A stretch of 60,115 nucleotides of DNA, counting the filler. It is 6 parts of 6 records of this genome, joined end to end, with 100 filler letters (N's around TTAATTAATTAA, not from the genome) between each part and the next. Parts side by side here need not be neighbours in the genome. Positions count along the whole stretch, not along the records: positions 47,802 to 60,115 come from SRR31147125_3480; 5 more parts are not named here. One strand, 5' to 3'. Under the pieces are notes generated by a model. It ran no database searches, was not told where the DNA came from, and saw only the letters and a program-made list of their open reading frames with translations. The position numbers and the translations under genes are program-made. Every line of letters begins with the position of its first letter. The stretch's first letter is position 1. This document shows, piece after piece, positions 51,953 to 60,115 of the stretch.

Positions 51953-51985
51953 AGGCCAGAATAGAGTTCATCTCTATTCTGGCCT
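51953..51985. terminator. Hairpin between the convergent MCP and dmpG genes
   Basis: AGGCCAGAATAGAG-TTCAT-CTCTATTCTGGCCT, a perfect 14-bp stem. Confidence 0.7.
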
Positions 51986-52048
51986 CTCTTGACTCTGTCT
52001 TCTCAAATAAAATATTTTTTCAATAAAATATAAAACATAGCCTGAGAA

Positions 52049-53065
52049 TTAATTTTCAGAAGACTTTTGAGATAAAAAATATGCTACATCAATAATCATA
52101 TCTTCTTGTCCTCCAACCATTCTTCTTTTTCCTAATTCAACAAGAATCTCTCTCGGATTTAAGTTATATTTTTCTGCAGCGCGATAAGTATGAAGTAGAA
52201 AACTTGAATAAACACCTGCATATCCAAGCATTAACGATGAACTATTTATTACTTGTGGCCTCTTCATTATTGGCTCTACTACTTGCTCTGCAAGGTCCAT
52301 TATTCCATACACATCCATTCCTGTATTATATCCCATTCTATCTAATACCGCTGAGAGAACTTCTATTTGTGTATTTCCTGCGCCTGCTCCCAATCCACGA
52401 CATGTTGCATCAATATAAGTGGCTCCTTCTTCTATTGCAGCTATTGAATTTGCTACAGAAAGCCCCAGATTATTATGAGAATGAAACCCTATAGGTATAT
52501 CAATAGAATTTTTTAATAAACTTATTCTTTCTCTGACATCATTTGGTGTCATATATCCTGCTGAATCTGCTAAATTAATATAATCTGCTCCTGCATCAAC
52601 AAATATTTTAGCCTGTTCCACTATTTTTTCTGGTGAAGCCATGTGTGACATCATTAAAAATCCAGCTGCCATCATATCCATATTTTTTGCTGCTTGTATA
52701 TGTTGAATTGCAATATCGGCTTCTGTTACATGAGTAGCTACTCTAACTACTTTTACTCCTATTTCTTTTACCTTCTTCAAGTCTTCTATAGTTGCTATTC
52801 CTGGAATCAACAGAACTCCAAGATTAGAATTTTTTATTTTTTCATTAGCTTTTTTTAATAATTCTAATTCGTCTGTTTCCGATAGTCCATAATTTATAGA
52901 AGACCCTGAAATACCGTCACCATGACTTATCTCTATAATATCAACTCCAACTTGATCTAATCTTTCCACTATATTTTCGACCTGTTCAACAGAAAATGAA
53001 TGGCTTACAGCGTGACTTCCATCTCTTAAAGTTGTATCAACTAAATTTATTTTTTGTTTTGTCAT
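52049..53065 (-). CDS. dmpG: 4-hydroxy-2-oxovalerate aldolase
   Basis: DTTLRDGSH, HGDG..GSSINYG, RVATH.TEAD, HSHNNLGL, LGYAGVYSSFL, MVGGQEDMIID. Confidence 0.93.
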   Translation of the reverse strand: MTKQKINLVDTTLRDGSHAVSHSFSVEQVENIVERLDQVGVDIIEISHGDGISGSSINYGLSETDELELLKKANEKIKNSNLGVLLIPGIATIEDLKKVKEIGVKVVRVATHVTEADIAIQHIQAAKNMDMMAAGFLMMSHMASPEKIVEQAKIFVDAGADYINLADSAGYMTPNDVRERISLLKNSIDIPIGFHSHNNLGLSVANSIAAIEEGATYIDATCRGLGAGAGNTQIEVLSAVLDRMGYNTGMDVYGIMDLAEQVVEPIMKRPQVINSSSLMLGYAGVYSSFLLHTYRAAEKYNLNPREILVELGKRRMVGGQEDMIIDVAYFLSQKSSEN

Positions 53066-53938
53066 TTATTTCTCCTCCTTCCGAATCATGTCATATGCTG
53101 TTTTTTCTGCCACTGCTACTGCTGCAGCATTTATTATATCTAAATTCCCTGAAAATTTAGGAAGGAAGTCTCCTGCTCCCTCTACTTGAACAATTACTGT
53201 AACTTTGTTTCCATCTATAGTAGGAGGAACTCTTAATTTATACCCTGGAACATATTCTTGAACTTTTTTTACAATTTCATTTACTGCATTTATTATTTTT
53301 TCTTCATCAGGATTTTTAACAATAGAATAAATTGTATTTGTCATCATTATGGGAGGTTCTGCAGGGTTTAGTATAATAATAGCTTTAGTTTTGTCAGCTC
53401 CACCTATTATTTTTAAAGCATTTGCAGTTGTTTCCGTAAATTCATCTATATTTGCTCTTGTTCCTGGTCCTGCACTTTTTGAAGACATTGATGCAATAAT
53501 TTCTGTATACTCAGAATCAGCTACACTATTTATGGCATATGCTATAGGAATTGTTGCCTGCCCCCCGCATGTAACCATATTGAAATTGTCTTCGTGAGCA
53601 ATGCTTTCAAGATTTACACAAGGAACAACATATGGTCCTACTGCTGCAGGAGTCATATCCATTACAATCTTTCCTGCTTTTTTTAATAACGGTGCATGTA
53701 TAGAGTGAGCTTTTGCACTTGTTGCGTCAAAAACTATCTTTATTTCAGGATCGTCTAACACTGCTTGAACACTTGTTATTGCTGTATTAAATCCTAAATT
53801 CGAAGCTCTTTTTATTCCTTCAGTTTCTTTTACTCCTGTCATTAGATGCATCTGTAAATACTTACTACGCATCACTTTATACATTAAATCTGACCCTATA
53901 TTTCCAGGACCAATTATTCCTACTTTTATTTTTTTCAT
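53066..53938 (-). CDS. dmpF: Acetaldehyde dehydrogenase (acylating)
   Basis: [47 protein letters not shown]. Confidence 0.94.
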   Translation of the reverse strand: MKKIKVGIIGPGNIGSDLMYKVMRSKYLQMHLMTGVKETEGIKRASNLGFNTAITSVQAVLDDPEIKIVFDATSAKAHSIHAPLLKKAGKIVMDMTPAAVGPYVVPCVNLESIAHEDNFNMVTCGGQATIPIAYAINSVADSEYTEIIASMSSKSAGPGTRANIDEFTETTANALKIIGGADKTKAIIILNPAEPPIMMTNTIYSIVKNPDEEKIINAVNEIVKKVQEYVPGYKLRVPPTIDGNKVTVIVQVEGAGDFLPKFSGNLDIINAAAVAVAEKTAYDMIRKEEK

Positions 53939-54047
53939 AATGCTTCTCCTTTTGTACTATATAGTAGGGAATCATTTTATTTATATAAACGATTCTCTAC
54001 TATAAAATATTCGTTGTTTTAATCAAAAATAATGCTTCTAATCAAAT

Positions 54048-55726
54048 TTAAAAATCAATAATGGCTCCTTTATCTGCAGAAGAAGCTACTTTAGAATATA
54101 ATCTAAGGTATCCTCTAGGAATATTCTTTTGAGGTATTTTAAGAGTTTCAAAACGTTTTTTTATTTCGTCTTCACTTATTCTAAGTTCTATTTTACCTTC
54201 TATTACATCTATAAATATTTCATCTCCATCTTCAACTATCGCTAAAGGTCCACCTTCCGCAGCTTCAGGAGAAATATGCCCTACAAAACAACCATTATTT
54301 GTTCCTGAAAATCTACCATCTGTTATAAGTGCCGTACTTTTATTCAATCCCATTCCATAAAGATATTTCATTGCTTTGAACATCTCTCTCATTCCAGGTC
54401 CGCCTTTTGGCCCTTCATAACGAATAACAACAACATCTCCATCTGTTATTTTTTTATTTAATATTGCAAATTCCGCTTCTTCTTCACTATTAAATACTTT
54501 TGCTTTACCTGTAAATTTATGCAATAAAGGATTTATTGCACCTGGTTTACTAATTCCTGTATTAGGAGCTAAGTTACCTTCGAGTACAGAAATCCCACCT
54601 GTTTTGCTAAATGGGTTATCAGCAGTTTTAATTATTTCAGAGTTTTCAGGATACACATATTTATAAATATCCAAATTTTCCTGCATAGTTTTTCCTGTAC
54701 ACGTCATTACAGAAGTATCCATAATATTACCTAAACTTTGAGTTACTTTTGGTATTCCGCCAGCTCTGTAAAAAGCTTCCATATCCCATTTTGCAGCAGG
54801 ATTTACTTTAGCTATCTGAGGCGTTGTTTTATTTAATTCTTTAAACTCTTTTACTACATTCATATTCAGTTCTGCTTCTGCAGCTACTGCACTAAGATGT
54901 AATACAGCATTTGTAGAACCACATATTGCCATTGTCATTTTTATAGCATTTCTAAGTGCTTCTTCTGTAATTATTTGACGTGCGTTGATTCCTTTTTTGC
55001 TAGATTGCATATTGCCATTCCGGAATAATATGAATGTCGCAATCTTTCAGAATACGTAGCTGGAATCAGGGCTCCTCCTGGTAAAGTCATCCCCATAGCT
55101 TCTGTTATACAACACATTGTATTAGCTGTTCCAAGAAAAGAACACGAACCACAACTAGGGCATGCTACATCTTCTAAAGATTCATATTTTTCTTTTGTAA
55201 TTTTTCCAGAATAATACATACCTTTCGCTTCATCAATTGATGTAAGATCTGATTTTCTTCCATCAAATTCTATTCCACCAGCCATTGGGCCACCGTGAAC
55301 TATAATTGCCGGGATATCTAATCTAGCAGCAGCCATAAGCATTGCAGGAACTATTTTATCGCATGATGCCAACATGACAATGGCATCTAATTTATGAGCT
55401 TGGACTTGTATTTCTATTGAATTACAAATAATTTCTCTTGATGGAAGAATATAATTCATTCCTAAATGTCCTTGAGCTATTCCATCACACGCAGCAATGA
55501 CACCGAATTCTACAGCAGTTCCTCCTCCACTATAAATTCCTTTCTTTACAAATTCAGATATTTGATTAAGATTAAAGTGTCCTGGAACGAGTGTATTCCA
55601 ACTATTAGCTATTCCAATGATTGGCTTATTATTTAATTCATCATCGGTATATCCCATTGATTTAAAAAGTGATCTATAAAACCCATTATCTTCTTTTCCG
55701 AGTATTTCTGAGCTACGATATTTCAA
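54048..55726 (-). CDS. IlvD/Edd-family [Fe-S] dehydratase (frameshift near 54990)
   Basis: TTG start after AGGAGG; CDG, CDK, CGSCSFLGTANTM, GSTN, YEGPKGGPGMREM, TDGRFSG. Confidence 0.9.
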
Positions 55727-55816
55727 TTTACTTTCCTCCTACAATTTTTATTATCTATTTTAAATATTCTTGGATACAATGGTTATGTTATTTTCAAATA
55801 TGATGTTTTTGATTTT

Positions 55817-57231
55817 TTATATTAAACCAAAATTAACAAATATAAATAAACTAACTATACAGAATATAGATGCAATGGCACATGGAAGAGTAATATATTT
55901 TACTCCTTGTTTTGTATCCAAATTAAAGAATTGCCCCATTACCCAGAAACCACTATTATTAACATGATTTCCCATCAAGGTACCTGTACCTATAGCAAGA
56001 ACTGCCGCTAAAGGACTTATACCTAAACCAGAAACCATCGGAAGAACTATTGCTGCTGCCGTCATCCCTGCTGTTGTCATAGATCCTACCGCTGTCATTA
56101 ATATTGCAGCAATAAGGTATGGAACTAGTAATGGAGGAATTGGACTACTAATTATCAACTCACTAAGTCCTTTTATGGCTGGAGAGGTTTTTAATACATT
56201 TCCCATTGCTCCTCCCATTGCTGTAATTAAAAGTGCCGCAAGTGCTACTTCTAAACCTCTAGCGACCCATTTATTGAATAAAATTTTCTTTATTCCACTT
56301 TCTTTATCCCCTGTTATATCACCATGACTTTTTATAACATTCTTTTTAAATTTATATCCTAAAAATATACTATATGCTACTGCAAGAAGAAGAGCTATAA
56401 CTCTATCTCCTAAAATACTTGATATTGTTCTAAAAATATTTCCTTCTGGAAGATATACTTTTGAGAAAGAGGCAGCTGATATAAGTATAACAGGTATAAG
56501 TATTGGTAAAAGTGATAATACAACGTTAGGAATATTATCTTCTTTAATTAATATTTCCTCAATTTCATTAGATTCTGTGGATTCTATCCCTCCAACAAAA
56601 TCTTCATGCGGAAGAATCATTTCTTTTTCTGTCCATTTTTTCATTACCAACCATGTCCCGAAAAAACCAATTAATGAAATTATCGTTCCCCATACAATTG
56701 TTAATCCTAAGTCAGCATTAAACATAAGAGCTATCGCTAATATTCCAGGTGTAGGTGGTACTAAACCATGAGTCAGAAAAAGCCCTAATCCAGTGAAAGA
56801 AGCCATTGTAGACATAGATATTTTTTTCTTACAGATAAAGCTGATGCTATTGGTGCGGTTAAAATCATAGCAATATCACCAAAAACAGGAATAGAAACTA
56901 TAAAGGCTGTTAATGATGGAGCTAGTTCTAAATTTTTCCCTCTAAATAATCTAATAAAAAAATTCGAAATAGCTTTTGTGGCTCCAGTATCTTGTATTCC
57001 CATAGCTAGAATAGACCCCAAGATAATTGTAATACCTACTCCTTTTAATGTATTCCCAAATCCTGCATTAATTTTTGCTGCAGTTTCTACGGGACCATAA
57101 CCAAGTGCAATTCCTATCAATAGCGATACACTCAGTAAAGCTAAAACAGGGTGAAACTTTCCTTTAATGATAAGTAGCATCAATGACAAAATAGAACAAA
57201 TCAGAATAAAAACAAATAAACCAGTTGACAT
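55817..57231 (-). CDS. GntP-family sugar-acid:H+ permease (frameshift in the T-run near 56820)
   Basis: KFHPVLALL, GFGNTL, SIPVFGD, HGLVPPTPG, GSMTTA, HVNNSGFWV. Confidence 0.9.
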
Positions 57232-57307
57232 AATATTTCCTCCTTATTTTAATTGATTGTAAAATAATTTAATATCTAGCTATGAAGAATTTCGGCTAAA
57301 ACGTTTG

Positions 57308-57322
57308 TTCTATAATATAGAA
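57308..57322. promoter_or_regulatory. Candidate IclR operator upstream of gntP
   Basis: Perfect 7-1-7 palindrome TTCTATA-A-TATAGAA; a degenerate copy TTCTATATTAAAGGA lies at 58191-58205 upstream of the regulator. Confidence 0.5.
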
Positions 57323-57400
57323 TGTCGTTCGGGTTATTAAGGATTTTAATCCGCATGTCTAAAGCATGCGGATTATTCAACAGTCTAATCTATAACAGAT

Positions 57401-58162
57401 TTAAACATAAAGTAATTTTTGTGATATTTTATGTGATATTTCTTTTAACCTTAAGGCAATCTTCGAGATATTTTCTTCATTCATTCTTACCGTAGGTCCC
57501 GAAACACTAATTGACATAATGATTTCTTTATTTGCATTAAAAATAGGAACAGCAATACACTTCAACCCTATCTCTATTTCTTCATTATCAATGGCATAGC
57601 CTCTATTTCTTATCTCTTCTATTTCTGTAGCTATTTCTTCCTTTGTAACAAGAGTATTATAAGTCATTGCTCTTAATGGAGTTGATAAAATACTCTCAAC
57701 TTTATTTTTAGGTAGGTATGCTAAAAAACATTTCCCCACACCTGTACAATGTATATAATTTTTCGTTCCAACCTGCGATTTTATATAAAAAGATTTACTT
57801 GACTCTATTTTATCAATGTATATGACTGAGCCACCTTCTTCAATTGCACAATGACATGTTTCTTCAAATTCTTCTGCTAACTCCTCTAAAAATGGTCTGG
57901 TAATCTGAATAAAAATATTATTTGATTGAACTGCATTTGATAATTCAAGTACCTTCATACCGAGAAAATACTTTGAATTCTCAGGATTTTGTTGTAAGTA
58001 ACCTTTATTTGCAAGAGTATTTATAATTCCAAAAGCAGTACTTTTACTTAAATCCATTTCCATAGAAATTTCTTTTACACTATATTCAATTTTTCCATGA
58101 TTATACAATTCAAGAATCCCAAGAGCTCGTGATATAGATTGAATATTTTTTGTTGTAGCCAT
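57401..58162 (-). CDS. IclR-family transcriptional regulator
   Basis: IQSISRALGILE, LSKSTAFGIINTL HTH, HCTGVGK, RGYAIDNEEIEIGLKCIAVPI. Confidence 0.95.
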   Translation of the reverse strand: MATTKNIQSISRALGILELYNHGKIEYSVKEISMEMDLSKSTAFGIINTLANKGYLQQNPENSKYFLGMKVLELSNAVQSNNIFIQITRPFLEELAEEFEETCHCAIEEGGSVIYIDKIESSKSFYIKSQVGTKNYIHCTGVGKCFLAYLPKNKVESILSTPLRAMTYNTLVTKEEIATEIEEIRNRGYAIDNEEIEIGLKCIAVPIFNANKEIIMSISVSGPTVRMNEENISKIALRLKEISHKISQKLLYV

Positions 58163-58468
58163 TATTTTCTCCTCATTTTTTTCTAAGTCATTCTATATTA
58201 AAGGACGTCATCCTCATTTTCTATCTTACTACACTTATTTTGGTTTGTCAATATTTTTATCAAATTAATCCGAAAAAGAACATAATAACCTATTGCTAAT
58301 CTGATATATGGGATTTAAAAAGAAGAAGAGGAGCTAAAAATATAATTAGGAGTTTTGATTAGGTGTAGGCAAAGTAGAAAAGTAAACAAGGAGACAAGCA
58401 TACATGTGTAGATAGATACTCAAAATATCTAATAAGTAACCTCAGAAAAGATAGAAAGTGATTAATGA

Positions 58469-58513
58469 TATGTTGAGAAGATATTTTCTAATGGAAACAA
58501 TCTTCTCAACATA
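58469..58513. terminator. Inverted repeat downstream of the GGDEF gene (possible terminator)
   Basis: TATGTTGAGAAGAT...ATCTTCTCAACATA, 14-bp arms. Confidence 0.45.
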
Positions 58514-58616
58514 AACTGAAAGTATAATAGATAAAGCAATAAGATTGATAAATTTGACGCAAAAACACTTAGATTAATTGATAGCATTTGAAGGATTTTG
58601 GGAAGAGGCGTTGCAC

Positions 58617-59783
58617 TTAACTTGACAATATGACAGTAGTTTCTTTAGATTTTTTCTTTTTCTTTTCTTTATACATTAACTTATCAATATACATAAAATA
58701 ATCTTCCAAGTTCATTTTCTTTTCATTATCATAGATATCATAACCTATGCTAAAACTTATCTCATATTTTACATAGGAGTTCATATTGTGGTACTCAAAA
58801 TTATCCTTTATTCTTCTAACTATCTCTTCTAATACGCTCTTGCTTCCGGTATCTAGTAGTACGGCAAACTCATCTCCAGCATATCTAGCTATAAAGTCAT
58901 TCTGTCTAAGAGAATCCTTCAATATCCTAGCAGCTGTCTCAAGGGCCAAATCTCCCTCATGATGCCCATAATTATCGTTTATCTCTTTAAACTTATCTAA
59001 ATCAAGAATTAATAATGCAAATAATTTATTTTTACTTAAACTCTCTTTTATTTTCATCTCTAAGTGACTCTCAAACCTCTTTCTATTAAATACACCTGTT
59101 AAAAAGTCTGTATTCATCTCATTATTCTGGATATTAATAAATATCAATATAAGAGATAGCGCCACTCCAGGCCATAGAGTCGATACTCCATAAAAGAAAA
59201 TTTGAACTATACCTCCAAAAAATGGTGGTATAGAGAATAGTAACAATGCATAAAATCTTCTATGATCAACCGTTTTTCGGTTTCTTAAAATTATAATTAG
59301 TGCATAAGCTAAAAGGACGTAGCAGATAGTAGCAGTTAACCACAAGAGATCTCCTCTATGATAAATATTTGCTTCATCAATATAATAAATAAATTTAAAG
59401 GTAGGGCTAAGCAATACCATAAATGCATGAATCACGGTTAAGCTACCTAAAACCTTTAATATTTTTCCTACCCTTTGCTTATTTTCATGAAGCTGATAAT
59501 CAGCATAGCTAACCCAAAGTAATGGTGGAATTGGATTTAGAGTTAAAAAAAGTGTTGAGACTACTACATTTAACTCTCTCCAAACACTACCTAACCTGCC
59601 ATCTATAAGCCACATTACACCTTCAAAAAAAAGTACCATAATTGTACTCAAAAGCATAGAGATAAATAATTTATAGTTAAGAAATTTTCTTTCATCTTTG
59701 TTATACGAACTTATCAGAACTACTAATAAAGTCAATAAAGCATAAAAATCCAAATCAGATTTTACTATTCTTGTTATTTCCAT
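58617..59783 (-). CDS. Membrane diguanylate cyclase (about 7 TM plus GGDEF, AGDEF variant)
   Basis: TDFLTGVFNR, LDLDKFKEINDNYGHHEGD, RQNDFIARYAGDEF. Confidence 0.9.
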   Translation of the reverse strand: MEITRIVKSDLDFYALLTLLVVLISSYNKDERKFLNYKLFISMLLSTIMVLFFEGVMWLIDGRLGSVWRELNVVVSTLFLTLNPIPPLLWVSYADYQLHENKQRVGKILKVLGSLTVIHAFMVLLSPTFKFIYYIDEANIYHRGDLLWLTATICYVLLAYALIIILRNRKTVDHRRFYALLLFSIPPFFGGIVQIFFYGVSTLWPGVALSLILIFINIQNNEMNTDFLTGVFNRKRFESHLEMKIKESLSKNKLFALLILDLDKFKEINDNYGHHEGDLALETAARILKDSLRQNDFIARYAGDEFAVLLDTGSKSVLEEIVRRIKDNFEYHNMNSYVKYEISFSIGYDIYDNEKKMNLEDYFMYIDKLMYKEKKKKKSKETTVILSS

Positions 59784-60115
59784 TTTTCACCCTTACTATA
59801 TTTCCTTGTATAATCAAAAAATATTTCGACTGAACATAGTTAAAATTTTTTCTCACATTTTATATTATAACACACTATTCAATTTTTAAGAATCTTTAAA
59901 ATATAAGAGCTTTGTTTTTCTACTGTATCTGTAAATAAATATTTTTTTCTCATTTTTTCCTTTGAAAACTTTCCAATACCATAGTTAAATTAACTTAATT
60001 TGGATAGTTATTATTCAAAATAATTTAAATATATAGACAGTTATTATTACGATTTGAGATATTTATATTTTACTAAAATTTGAAAAAGAGGGTGACCGAA
60101 AAGTCCATTTTCAAT

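Noticed and set aside
52049-53938. Aromatic meta-cleavage pathway
   Set aside because: No dioxygenase, hydrolase or hydratase genes; the neighbours are sugar-acid genes.
364-56771. Short antisense or overlapping ORFs in the track (e.g. 364-612, 6589-6873, 34128-34466, 39021-39503, 51173-51727)
   Set aside because: Shadows of well-supported genes, with no RBS or recognisable motifs.

Overview
The window is not one locus. It is six unrelated contigs joined by 100-nt N spacers carrying TTAATTAATTAA (13267-13366, 25062-25161, 32164-32263, 38849-38948, 47702-47801). (1) 1-13266, a spore-forming Clostridia-like low-GC contig: heterodimeric ABC exporter, spoIIR-sleB-ypeB, CtsR-boxed hsp20, cstA, lepA, a LUD protein and tex, ending in an IS3/IS150-like terminus. 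(2) 13367-25061, part of a cis-AT modular PKS with class-2-like docking domains and a stand-alone PAPS sulfotransferase between modules. (3) 25162-32163, the best candidate for an undescribed system: a sigma-54 promoter drives a radical SAM/SPASM maturase and an unannotated 25-aa peptide (MTIEIVKKGDNVDSPKPLMCLPVWI), followed by an orphan family-5 peptide-binding protein, a FetB-like permease and two histidine kinases. This looks like a RiPP-based peptide signalling (quorum-sensing-like) circuit. (4) 32264-38848, Bacteroidota-like: NYN protein, DUF1593, hydrolases, REP-like repeats. (5) 38949-47701, a Ser/Thr kinase-AAA-GAF-Hpt/CheA-like giant protein with GGDEF and CheY-like partners. (6) 47802-60115, recQ 3' part, DUF547, an MCP, an IclR-GntP-IlvD/Edd-DmpF-DmpG operon suggesting a non-aromatic (deoxy)sugar-acid catabolic route, and a membrane GGDEF protein. 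Many genes are split by single indels in homopolymer runs, most likely sequencing errors. Taxonomic hints are inferred from gene content and composition only. Family assignments come from motif recognition; no database searches were run.
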